From Octopus bimaculoides (taxonomy: Eukaryota): a stretch of 63,713 nt of DNA. The notes under the pieces are model-generated. The model saw nothing but the letters and a program-made list of their open reading frames with translations, made no database searches and had not been told where the DNA came from. Both the position numbers and the translations under genes were made by a program. Of this stretch, positions 49,311 through 61,254 are shown in pieces; the stretch's first letter is position 1; every line of letters begins with the position of its first letter. Location: positions 60,220,627 through 60,284,339 of the forward strand of contig NC_068993.1 in the NCBI RefSeq assembly GCF_001194135.2. The letters are read 5' to 3'.

Positions 49311-49849
49311 TTCCTTTCTCTGGAGTTATGATCTTGCAGCTAGTAATGTTGATGGGTAGGCGTATTGAATAAATTTAATTCGATTTATTTGAAAATCTTT
49401 GATCATAACCTGTTCAGCGCAGATACTTGATAGAGAGAGAGAGAGAGAGAAAGAGGTGGGGGTTAATGAAAGGGAAAAAAAATTATCTAAACCTGTCCAA
49501 CAACAATTTTAATTCTAAAGTGATTGTTCTAAACTTCCCTCGAAAATCACATTTAAAAGGTATCAAAAGTATTTTGGGACGAATTGGCCAATTATGAGGG
49601 ACAATTTCATTTTGTAATGTAGTGATGTGGATTCCATGTGAGCCCACTGCCGATGCTTTATTTGCAAATGGAATTAATTCTCATCAACTTGTCACTATTA
49701 AGTTGATGAGTAATTAACCAGTATTTGATTCGTTGGTGCTAAGACAATTCGTTCCGTTATTTCATCGTCGGTTAACTTGTCCTTGTCAATTCGTCGTTGA
49801 TCAATTCATCCTCAATTTCCCGTTGTTCAAATCCACTCCGCTAGCAAAA

Positions 49850-50040
49850 GTGTGTAGTTTCTGTAATTCAAAGAAGGCCAGCCTTGTAACATTCTGTGTC
49901 ATTCTGGATGTCTCTGAGAAATACGCTAAAGGTATGCGTGTCTATGAAATGCTCAACCACTTCCACTTGAATTTCCCGAGCAGACTGTTCCGTTGATCTA
50001 CGGGAAAACTCATCGTCGTAAGCGACGGAATGCTAGAAAA
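49850..50040 (+). mobile_element. SINE-C-type 3' tail, degenerate
   Basis: ggccagccttgtaacattctgtgtca..gagcagactgttccgttgatc..cgtcgtaagcgacggaatgc. Confidence 0.8.
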
Positions 50041-50719
50041 GCCTTCACTAAGTTCCAAATAATCTAATAAAGATTCTTGTCTTTTCACGACAGTTGCTGG
50101 TATTATTGATGTTCTTTTCGTTCTTATGCTGATTCTGGTGCCATTATTGTTACAACAAAGCAATTGTATCACAGCTTTTGTCAACGCTGCTGGGCATCAT
50201 CGAAGTTACTTTTATCATTATTGTTGTTGTTGTTGGTGGTGGTGGTGCTCGTCGTCAGCTGCTGCAGTTTTATTGATATCATTGTAATTACAACTAATTC
50301 TTTTCTACTTCGGCGTCCAACAACTATTGATATGTTTTCGGTGGTGCTGATGTTGTTGTAGTGGTCGTAATGGTAATACTGGTTAAAAACGACACAGCAA
50401 AGACAAATCCATGTCTGATGCTATGCTGTCTCCTCATAATTCTTATACTGTCGTAACCGGAAAGAATTATCTTGATTTCAATAAAGTCCACCACAAACAA
50501 ACAAATGACAATTATATATCGTCCATCAGAACAGCTGGACAAACGAGCTAATTTTTGAAACTACGATATTCTCTACTTAAGATACATCTTTTTGAAAGCA
50601 GCGACTCTATCGACTACGTTCTACTGTTTCTCTTTAAAGAAAACTATCATCGTTTGTGGACAATTTCCCTCCGTCCATCTCGCTTATTTAAAATCCATAA
50701 ATTTTCGAGGTAGAAGCAA

Positions 50720-51030
50720 CGCGTTCACTTTGCAGTAACCGAATCCCGCTATATGTCCTAAGTTTATCGTGTAGATCACAGACTTGTGATCTGTGTTGCC
50801 AACAAGTTAAAGCACTTCACACCCTATACTTTTATATCCTTATAAAACTCTATCAAGATACAATCCAATTGTCTCGATGCAGTGTTCCCAAGTCCATACT
50901 GGCACGTTCCAAAATTCCTTTCGGTACCTATCAAGCAGTCAAGGTAACTGCCTGATAGGAACAAATGAAGGAGGTCTTCACTTCTTCAACTGCTAGTTCC
51001 ACACAATTCCAGCATGCATCTAAGTTACCA
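50720..51030 (-). mobile_element. Degraded LINE apurinic-type endonuclease relic
   Basis: Frameshifted minus-strand motifs in the expected order: VWTWEH, SRQLDCILI (QIDYIL-like), NTDHKSVIYTINL (SDH motif). Confidence 0.55.
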
Positions 51031-51109
51031 TTTCAGTAATCTACTATACTAATTAATGGGAGATTTCTAAGGAATGGCGCTTCTTGATTCTTCAGAAGTC
51101 TGGCGGCTC

Positions 51110-51916
51110 CGCCTCACCTGAAACAAAAAGTTTTAACATCATCTCCTTTGAAATAGTCACCTTGCGCAGCACTACGCCGGTTCCAGCGTTCCTGACACTT
51201 TTAGAATCTGGCCTGGAAGCCGTTTTTCGTAAGCGAGTCGAAGACTTTCTGCGATTCGCTCTGGATCTCGAAAGCGGTGTTAAAACGGCGGCCTTTGATC
51301 TGCCATTTCATCTTAGGGAAGAGATGAAAGTTCACAGGGTACGAAATCTGGCGAATAGGTCGGGTGCGGAAGCGACACCATGTTGTCTTTGCTCGGTGAC
51401 AGGGTGCATTGTCGTCGCGAAGAATCCAATTCTTCGAGCTCCACAGATCCGGTCGTTTTCGCCGACTATCCTCCTTCAAACACTGCAAAATGTCGCAGTA
51501 GAACTCTCGACAGACGGTCTGGTCCGGGGAGACGAATTCTCGATGCACAATATCCGGGGGTGACGTTCCTGGCAGATCTTCCAGATCACTTATCGTCTTC
51601 CAGGAATGTTCTTCCGCTTTTGAAGCGCCCGTGCCACTCGAAACATCGCGTACGACCCATTGCCTTGTCGCCGTAAGCTTGCCGAATCATGCTCAAAGTC
51701 TTTGTTCCTGTCCATGACAAAATCATCGCAGACTACAGCAGACACACGTGATCACAAAAACATAAATTTCACAATTTGTGAAGTAAACACAACGATGTTA
51801 CTTGGTACAGTGCCTCACGAAGGTCACTGCTAGCTCTCACGGCGAACGCAACCGTGTGCTGCCATCTGTTGGCGCGCTACGGAACTAGCCCGGGAACTTT
51901 TTGATATCACTTCGTA
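51110..51916 (-). mobile_element. Internally deleted mariner (C-terminal DD34D region) with left TIR
   Basis: ORF 51201-51548: HREFV..QTV..FYCDILQCL..IRRKRPDLW..W.L..DNAPCH, FHLFPKMK..KGRRF; C-terminal QERWNR..QGDYFKGD; TIR tacgaagtgatatcaaaaagttcccgg at 51916-51890. Confidence 0.92.
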
Positions 51917-52094
51917 TTGGAAGATATAGTCAGTACAATATAAATAAATCGAATGCTCATGGCTGGAACGTCTCCCATCCTATTTGCTCAATCAGAGTTG
52001 ACATGGAGAATAAACAGCATCATATTTTCATACCTACCACATCACCACCACCACCAACAACAACAACAATATATTATATTTATCAAGCTCTCAA

Positions 52095-52111
52095 GTCACT
52101 CATACTTCACT

Positions 52112-52143
<32 letters not shown>

Positions 52144-52480
52144 GCCCTTCTTCACTCTCTTTCTCTCTCTTTGACTCCTCCTCCTCCTCTCTCTCTCTCT
52201 CTTTCTCTCTTTCTCTCTCTGACCCTTCTACACTCACACTTTTTCTCTCTTTGACTCTTCCTCTATCTCTCTTTCTCTCTTTCTCTCTCTCTCTCTATAT
52301 ATATATATATCTTTCTCTCTCTCTCTCTCTGGCCCTTCTTCACTCTCTTTCTCTATCTTTGACTTTTCCTCCCTCTCTCTTTCTCTTTCTTTCTCGCTCT
52401 CTCTCTCTCTCTCTGGCCTCTCTTCACTCTCATCCTCTCTCTTCCTCCCTCATTCTCTCTCTCTCTCCCCCTCTCTCTCA
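52095..52480. repeat. (CT)n-rich tract with repeated ctctctcgcccttcttcactctctttctct units
   Basis: Direct reading. Confidence 0.9.
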
Positions 52481-54156
52481 TATACGCATACACCAACAAT
52501 GACACATTACACATCGAGACATGCGTGCGCGCATCGAAGCACCCACAACCACCCGCCTACATTTACATTAACACCGCACACACAAACACATACGCAAACA
52601 CATACACATTTACACAGCGTATGGAACCACGCATTTATGCATGCATCCTCGTGCGCTCATCACCACCACACACACACACACGAACATAGAAACACACACA
52701 CACACACATATATAGATACACCCAGTTGCATACGTAGACATATACACATACATGCATCTACAAATTTACCTCCCCGTTTTTTCCTACCCACATTCCCCAA
52801 TCTCCATCTCTGTCTACCTGTATCTCTCCCCCTCTCTCTATCTCTCTCTTCCTTTCACATACACACATACACATACATCAACCGACCAACATACACACAC
52901 TACACACGATTACACTCACACACACACACACACATTTCCAGAGGCACCCGCCTACCCCCCATCCGCACAGACTCCACACAATTGTCCTGCCCCATCATTT
53001 CTCTCGCATTATTGCCACCCCCCCCACCCCGACACCCCCNNNNNNNNNNNNNNNNNNNNNNNNNNNNNNNNNNNNNNNNNNNNNNNNNNNNNNNNNNNNN
53101 NNNNNNNNNNNNNNNNNNNNNNNNNNNNNNNNNNNNNNNNNNNNNNNNNNNNNNNNNNNNNNNNNNNNNNNNNNNNNNNNNNNNNNNNNNNNNNNNNNNN
53201 NNNNNNNNNNNNNNNNNNNNNNNNNNNNNNNNNNNNNNNNNNNNNNNNNNNNNNNNNNNNNNNNNNNNNNNNNNNNNNNNNNNNNNNNNNNNNNNNNNNN
53301 NNNNNNNNNNNNNNNNNNNNNNNNNNNNNNNNNNNNNNNNNNNNNNNNNNNNNNNNNNNNNNNNNNNNNNNNNNNNNNNNNNNNNNNNNNNNNNNNNNNN
53401 NNNNNNNNNNNNNNNNNNNNNNNNNNNNNNNNNNNNNNNNNNNNNNNNNNNNNNNNNNNNNNNNNNNNNNNNNNNNNNNNNNNNNNNNNNNNNNNNNNNN
53501 NNNNNNNNNNNNNNNNNNNNNNNNNNNNNNNNNNNNNNNNNNNNNNNNNNNNNNNNNNNNNNNNNNNNNNNNNNNNNNNNNNNNNNNNNNNNNNNNNNNN
53601 NNNNNNNNNNNNNNNNNNNNNNNNNNNNNNNNNNNNNNNNNNNNNNNNNNNNNNNNNNNNNNNNNNNNNNNNNNNNNNNNNNNNNNNNNNNNNNNNNNNN
53701 NNNNNNNNNNNNNNNNNNNNNNNNNNNNNNNNNNNNNNNNNNNNNNNNNNNNNNNNNNNNNNNNNNNNNNNNNNNNNNNNNNNNNNNNNNNNNNNNNNNN
53801 NNNNNNNNNNNNNNNNNNNNNNNNNNNNNNNNNNNNNNNNNNNNNNNNNNNNNNNNNNNNNNNNNNNNNNNNNNATTATTATTATTATTATTATCATTGT
53901 CGTTGTTGTTGTTATGTTCCTTAAAAACATGGCGATTCGCATGAAATCCTTTCAACAAAAGACTGTTCTAGACAAGAATAGAATGGAATATATTGGTTCA
54001 GGTATGACTTCGCAATGGAAACACGGGCGGGATCGAATCTAGGCACAAAAAGCAAAGAAAAATAAAGTTGGGGGGGGGGAATAATACATAAAATAAAGAG
54101 AAACCTATCAATTCTCCAGCAGTGGACAAACAAAAATTGAATACAATTAAGCAGTG

Positions 54157-54204
<48 letters not shown>

Positions 54205-54294
54205 CGTCATCATCATAGAATGGTGAATGGAAAAATCGTTACAACTGCGGATAAAATGCATTATGGTATTTAGTTGTTCTGAGATCAAATCCCG

Positions 54295-54470
54295 ATGACA
54301 GGAAATGCGGAAAGGGAAAAAGCGGAAGGGACCATCAAAGACATTTGTGGACTGACGGCATTAAAGAAAATACTGGAAACAAGGTTTTGGCTGATTGTGC
54401 AACACAACGAAAAGGGAACTGGAGTGTTTTTTGGTAAGCCGACCTCTGGATACAGGGACGATATGTGCTT
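54295..54470 (+). mobile_element. RTE-clade LINE 3' coding fragment
   Basis: MTGNAE / GKGKSGRDHQRHLWTDGIKENTGNKVLADC..R..W resembles the G..EG.R.RGR....W.D.IK C-terminus of RTE ORFs. Confidence 0.65.
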
Positions 54471-54538
54471 CGTGCCTTGCAGGGCCGTTGAAATGAAATA
54501 ACAACCCATTATTAAATACAATCTGATTAATTGAATTT

Positions 54539-54710
54539 AAGCGGTGAGCTGGCAGAATCGTTAGCACGCCAGTCTAAATGTTTAGCAGTATTTCATCCGT
54601 CTTGACGTTCTGAGTTCGAATTCTGCCGAGGTCGACTTAACCTTTCATCCTTTCGGTTTGATAAAACAAGTACCAGTTGAGCACTGGTACTTGTGCCAAA
54701 TTTTGGAACC
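54539..54710 (+). mobile_element. SINE-B with internal deletion near the 3' end
   Basis: gcggtgagctggcagaatcgttagcacgcc..gagttcgaattctgccgaggtcgacttaacctttcatcctttcgg. Confidence 0.92.
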
Positions 54711-54780
54711 AAAATGATTAATTCAAGTCTCCTCAGAAATTATTTTCCCTTGGGCCTATGATAGAAATTATCATTATTAC

Positions 54781-54960
54781 TCTACATTATTTACAATGAA
54801 CGGATAGGTGTCCTCATCTTGTTTGTCGTTACAACATTTCGGCTGATGTTCTCTCCAGCCTTCATCAGGTGTTCAGGTAGACTTTCGACCCCAACCCTTT
54901 ATTTCACTAATGGGGTACTCTCTTCTCATTCCTAACGTATTCTTTTTTGCTGATGTTATT
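54781..54960 (-). mobile_element. SINE-G 3' portion (no head)
   Basis: Shares attatttaca..gac.gata, ctccag..tt.atcaggtgt and tcattcc blocks with 32234-32428. Confidence 0.8.
54829..54874 (-). ncRNA. Degenerate type I minimal hammerhead ribozyme motif
   Basis: Reverse complement aacac-CTGATGA-a-GGCTG-gagagaacat-CAGCC-GAAA-tGTT-gt. Conserved core and 5-bp helix II are present; helix III is minimal with C15.2>T; helix I has only 2 bp. Confidence 0.7.
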
Positions 54961-56643
54961 TTTTTTTTCTGTTGATATTATTTTGGAGATTGTCTTGACT
55001 ATTTTCTTCTCTTAGAAGACTCATCGGACACATGACCTCCAACTCTTAATCTTCAGACATTAACCTGCTACTTTAAACCCCCACCACTAAAATTCCAAAT
55101 CTTAACCTCAAGCTCATAACCCACAGTTATTAACCATTACTGACCCTATACTTCCAATTCAATCACATTTTATGACACCAACTTCTTGAATTCTGTCCAG
55201 TGCTGGATTAACCATTAAGAAAAATAAGCATCTATGTGTGGCAATTTGAATCACTTTCTGCTTTAGCTTCTGGTCCGACAAATGCTTCAGAATAAAAAGA
55301 CTGGACATAGAAACATGCAAGCGGGCGCATATGGTGCGTGTGTGTGTGCGTGTGTGTGTGTGCGTGTGCGTGTACGTGCTTGCGTGCGTAGTTCAAATCC
55401 CACCGGATTCAGATTCATATTTCATCTGTCAGAGAATGACAAAATAAATAGCAGTTATGTATTGTGTTGATTTGATGGATGTATTTTTGCTTTAAATATT
55501 CAATATGATGTTTGAGTAAGATCTATTATTTGTAACAGAAAACTAAACGCAATATTATCTCTGTAATTTTTTTTTTACTTCAACATCAAACATTTATTTT
55601 TTTGATTGAGTTGTGTCAAAAGCTCTCTGTATCTCTCTACCTTCTCCCTGAAATTCGTGGCGGCCTTCAGTTTTGTTTACCTCAAATCTTTGTCTTCTGT
55701 CATTTTGACACTGCTGCCTTGTGACCTGTTCCCAGATAGATTTATTCTTACAGCCCAAGAGAGAACCTCACTCTGTGTCTGCCTTTTTTTTCTCTGTCTC
55801 TTGCTCTATTTCTCCTTCTCTCTGTTCCCTTCTTCCTCTCTTTTTCTCTCTGTCTATCCATCTGTTTATCTATCTTTTTAATGAAAGATAAGTCCTAAAT
55901 ATCTTCTCTCCTCTCTTTCAATAAACTCGTCAATTAACTAATTGTTGCTTCTCTCAAATATTTTTTTTCTCATAAAATCGTGACTTTTGCAATCCAAGGT
56001 CGGCACGGATTAAGCAAACATTTAATAAAAACTGTCCTGTTTAAGACCATCCCGGTTTCTTGTTTAGACATCGTCTATCTCGTACATATAGACTGTAGGG
56101 AAATTTAAAGTAATTTGCTGACGTTTACCCTTCGCTACCACCTGACCATTTTCGTTGATTTCATGTGGAGTACGGAATTGTGTTCATAGCCTTTGGCTCT
56201 ACGATTTGAACTACAGTTGACGTCATTCAAGAATAGATGAGAAGTCAATGCCCGCTGGAAGAAACATGCATGGGCGAAAAATTATAGAGTGCCGATGTTC
56301 TGAAGAAAAAGGACTGAATGTAGTGCTTAGTGCATTGCCTTTCAAGTTTTGCGAAGCATTTAATTTATTTGGGGGGGGGGGGATTAACATCAAAGGGAAC
56401 TTTAACGTAAGTCAATAACTTTATTCGGTATATGGATATACGATACAATTTCGTCCCAACACTTGACCACTTATCGGTGCGCATATTGTTGTTAAATGCT
56501 CGAAATACGAGACTACATAAATAGCCAACAACTGATGGAGGGTCGTTCTTTATGTTGTTTATATACNNNNNNNNNNNNNNNNNNNNNNNNNNNNNNNNNN
56601 NNNNNNNNNNNNNNNNNNNNNNNNNATATATATAGATTCATAC

Positions 56644-56921
56644 ATCATAAATATATAGGGATTGACAGTAACCTGCTTCTCCAACATACTGAGAATTCAG
56701 AAATAGCAGTCAAAGAACTACTGATTTCAAAACTACAAATTATTACTCCAGATTGATAGCGATATTTTTGATACACACAAATATTTTTGATACACAAAAA
56801 TATCGCTATCAATCTGGAGTAATAATTTGTAGTTTTGAAATCAGTAGTTCTTTGACTGCTATTTCTGAATTCTCAGTATGTTGGAGAAGCAGGTTACTGT
56901 CAATCCCTATATATTTATGAT
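56644..56921. repeat. Apparently perfect 127-bp inverted repeat with 24-bp spacer, beside a gap
   Basis: 56644-56770 is the reverse complement of 56795-56921; I found no mismatch. Confidence 0.95.
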
Positions 56922-57347
56922 TATAAATTATTTACCGAAGAAGGTTTTTTTCATACTGAGCTACCCGGCAGAAATTGTTAATTATTAATTTTATTACTAA
57001 TTGATGATTCCCTGCCCTGCATATCTATATAGATTCATACATGTATATTTACATACTTTGATATACATATATCAATACATGCCCACAGCTTTTTAATATC
57101 TTGCCAAAATCTTGAGAGATTTACATCGAGTTGGAGTTGATGTTTTCAAGCAGCAACTTGGCCTTTTGCTGACTAAGATCCCAGATGAACTTTTATCACG
57201 ACAAGAAACTCAAACGAGGGTAGCAATATCAAACTGCCCTCTTTCACCAAAAGCCGACCACATAGGAATGGCCTTTGAATAATGTGATTGATACTGGCGG
57301 TTTCCCTGCATGGACACAGCCTTTAGGGTAAAGCACACAAAAGAATA

Positions 57348-57403
<56 letters not shown>

Positions 57404-57702
57404 TGTGCACGCACGCGTGCCTTTACAAATAAAGGGAGAGAGAAAGGAAGGTGAGTGAGAGAAAAGTGAAACACGCAGTAGTTTCCTCGAACGTCATATT
57501 TCCCGTAACGTGAAATACACAGCAATGACAGGGTTAATGTTTAACTTCCAGTAAACGAATATGCGCACGCATGTCTTTGTGCGTGTGCAAGCAGGTAACA
57601 TGAAAGATTCACCGTGTAAGAGAATGTTAGGGCTGACAGGAGACAGTCAGACAATTAGATATATGATAAGAAAGCATTGGGGTGAGACCTGTGTGAGCGT
57701 GT

Positions 57703-57739
<37 letters not shown>

Positions 57740-58665
57740 CATATGTATAATTGATGTACGTATGTCTATATATGTAAAGATGTACATATATATTTACTTA
57801 TATATATATATAGATGTGCGTATATATATATATGAGTGTATATATATAAAAGTTTTTTCATTTTCTAAATATAACACCGGAATAGAAGTAAGATTTAAAT
57901 GGTATTTGGATTACAGCCAGGGAGAGAGAGAAATAACATGGATAAAATGAACCAGTGAGTAGGAAATGAATAAATAAAACGGACTCTGGTTTCAATGTCC
58001 CACCTTGTGTTTCGTTTCAATATGAAAGACTCAAATACAGAGAGAAATAATGAAGATTTGTGTCATATGAAATATTCAGCATGGGAAACTGGTGCAACCA
58101 AACAACCGACAACCCAACCAGCCGACCAACCAGGAAATGCTGCATCTGACGAGGATGTAAAGAGAGAAACGAATGGGAGGAAGTAACTCAAAGGGTTACT
58201 TCCGTAATGTCTCGTTTCGTTCTGATTTTTCCCTTCTTTTCTTATTAGTCTCTCTTCCATGATCTCTCTCTTTCTCTCTTCCCTCTCTCTCTCTCCCTCT
58301 CTCTCTCTCTTTCTCTCATTCTTTTCGTTCTCATTTTGCTTAGCAATTTGTAGCAATGGATAACATTGCTTTGCAATATATAGACGTGTATATGTAGGTA
58401 TGTATGCATGTATGTATGTGTGCATCTGTGGTGTATGTAGTCCGATGGCGCAACACACACACACATATACATTCATACAAACTTAGGTACACATACGGGT
58501 GTGAGTGCGTGTGTGTATGTGTGTGCGTCTGTGTGTGGTATTTATACATAATACAAATATGTATGGTTTGAAAGACAGATGCACAAATAGTTAAATGCAT
58601 ATAATTTTTAATATATATAAGGGCATAGTGTATACACACACATACACATTTATATNNNNNNNNNN

Positions 58666-58724
<59 letters not shown>

Positions 58725-59084
58725 TTTAAGTTTTTTTTACAGGAAACGTTTTTAAGTACGCGCATAAAAGCTCCTATTTTATTATGTCGGCTATGGCCTA
58801 GTGATTCCAACTTGCATACGAAGTTTCATAGGATCGTACCGAGCTGTGCCGATATAACGTAGGATAAATATAATAGTTACGACAATAATTATAATCCGAG
58901 GATGGGATTTATAAATATTCTAATGTGTCGCTACGCACGTTTCCACAAATCTCGTGCTTTTTGCGAGCGTAATCCACATTCCTGGGATGATTACAATACA
59001 CTTTGTAATATCAGGCGATATGGCCATATCAGATGTATGTAATCAACTCCCCTCCCCCAATTACCTCTTGTTTTCTCTATCATA

Positions 59085-59205
59085 TCATGATATGTAAACC
59101 CCAACACTTTATGCTTGCCTTCGTATTGTCCCCGTCATCCTTCCCCCTGGTGGTGGCAAATAAATGAAATTATTATTATTATTATTATTATTATTATCAT
59201 TATTA
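59085..59205 (+). mobile_element. Probable non-LTR 3' UTR ending aaataaatgaaa + (TTA)n (repeated at 59546-59678)
   Basis: Ends in a polyA-like signal that runs into (tta)n; R4/Dong-like tail organisation (inference). Confidence 0.4.
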
Positions 59206-59783
59206 TTGAGTGAGAGAGCCGTGCATACTATCAAAGTGACGCTGGGGCAAAATATACGAAGCCCAGTATACCCATCATGACTACCCGTCTGATAAGGGTA
59301 CACCAGGCACATGCATCACAACCNNNNNNNNNNNNNNNNNNNNNNNNNNNNNNNNNNNNNNNNNNNNNNNNNNNNNNNNNNNNNNNNNNNNNNNNNNNNN
59401 NNNNNNNNNNNNNNNNNNNNNNNNNNNNNNNNNNNNNNNNNNNNNNNNNNNNNNNNNNNNNNNNNNNNNNNNNNNNNNNNNNNNNNNNNNNNNNNNNNNN
59501 NNNNNNNNNNNNNNNNNNNNNNNNNNNNNNNNNNNNNNNNNNNNNATCATGATATGTAAACCCCAACACTTTATGCTTGCCTTCGTATTGTCCCCGTCAT
59601 CCTTCCCCCTGGTGGTGGAAAATAAATGAAATTATTATTATTATTATTATTATTATTATCATTATTATTATTATTATTGAGTGAGAGAGCCGTGCATACT
59701 ATCAAAGTGACGCTGGGGCAAAATATACGAAGCCCAGTATACCCATCATGACTACCCGTCTGATAAGGGTACACCAGGCACAT
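59085..59783. repeat. Near-identical direct duplication across a gap (about 59085-59323 versus 59546-59790)
   Basis: The same 240 bp lies on both sides of the N-run, differing mainly in (TTA)n length; probably unmerged haplotypes or overlapping contig ends. Confidence 0.85.
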
Positions 59784-60097
59784 GCATCACAACCATATGT
59801 GCGCGACATGGTGATCTCATATCAAGATAAACAATGCATGACCTTACAGGTGGGGCTTAGTTGAAATTTTCTTCAGCTCAAGAAGCCCATCCCGTTCAAA
59901 ATGTCTCTGAATAAGGTTTAAGAATGTTGAACGAAACGCCCATTTTTCTAGAGGCGAATTATCCAAAACTCAAACAATTCCTCTCAGCATATGGTTATGA
60001 TACTCCCCCACTACTTCTACTCGTGATCAGAGATGCGCAAATCGTCAGCCACCAAGGGACATGCTCAACTGGTTAAGGTCAAACAAATGATTTGACC
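59679..60097 (-). mobile_element. Family D repeat, longest copy (about 420 bp), with (AAT)n tail on the minus strand
   Basis: Homologous to 43596-43765; no tRNA A/B boxes seen; terminal hairpin ggtcaaa-caaatga-tttgacc at 60077-60097. Confidence 0.8.
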
Positions 60098-60234
60098 ATG
60101 TAACTTAAAGTTTTGTAATGTGTGTGAGTATTTAGAGAGAGAGAGAGAAAGGGTTCCTATAGATAGATAGATAGATAGATGTTCGAAGAGAGGAAGAAAG
60201 GGAGGAAAAGCTCCATACACATTTGCAAAAGGCT

Positions 60235-60267
<33 letters not shown>

Positions 60268-61254
60268 TGGTCGCTTCGATTTCGACGTATGTTTGAAGGA
60301 GGGGATTTGAAGAAAAAAGTAGGAAGTGTCTGTGTGTGAATTAAGAGAGAGAGAGAGAAAGATAAAGAAAGAGAGAAAGAAAAAAGAAAGAGAAGGAAAG
60401 AGGGAGGTGGTGGGAGAGATCGTTGATCATAAAGCATTGACTAAACAGGCAAATAACGGCAATAAACTGAACTGAAATTTGAGCGAATCAAGATCCGTGA
60501 AACTATAGACAACAATCTCTATAGTGACACCCGGGCGTCCAGTACACCTTAACATTAAAAAATGGATTACACTAGACATTAAAATAGCGAACAAAAACCA
60601 TTCTGTCTCCATTGCTACCTGTCAAGAGTTCGATCCTTCAAAGACATCATATCTGTCAAATGATGGTCTTGTCGAAATAGTGATCGATGGTGAACCGTTC
60701 CAGATGAGAAAATTTGATGTGTATCAGAATACATCTCTTCAGTTGACAGCGAATAACAAACAGCCCGTATTTATTGTTGGTATTGTTGTTGTTGTTGATA
60801 TTATTGATGACGATGAAGATGATATTGCAGGTAATTGAGATGTGCTCTTGGTGTTGGTGTTACAGTTGCTGTTTAAATAAGTTTAGCATTGCACACTGAT
60901 ATTACACACACTGTCGTCGTCGTTGTCGGCGGCGGCGGCTGCTATCCGGCTTAGGTCCACGTTGACTGTTTTATTCAGAAACCATCTCTAACAGGAATCA
61001 TCTGCAAGATCGATGATGTCTGCTGCAGGTGAAGCTACCTGACTGAAAGCAGAAGTGACACATTTCATGAGCTCTATCGTATTCTCTCTGTTGTTTCTCT
61101 TCAATGGCTGGAATTATGAACTTCAGCAACCAGTGACATTCAGGGCCTTGGCATTTTCCCCAGACACTACACAAATATTCACAGACACTCACACACTCAC
61201 ACACACACACACACACAAACATATATATATATATATATGCATACATGGGTACAG

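Noticed and set aside
58145-58175. CTGACGA...GAAAC spacing like a hammerhead (also ctgatga at about 24716)
   Set aside because: No helix II can form between the core halves, and helices I and III are absent.
57995-58186. ORF MSHLVFRFN...ETNGRK
   Set aside because: No splice signals or motif; partly built from (CCAA)-like repeats.
59085-59790. Tandem duplication as a biological event
   Set aside because: Near-identical sequence on both sides of an N-run is the usual signature of unmerged contig ends or haplotypes.
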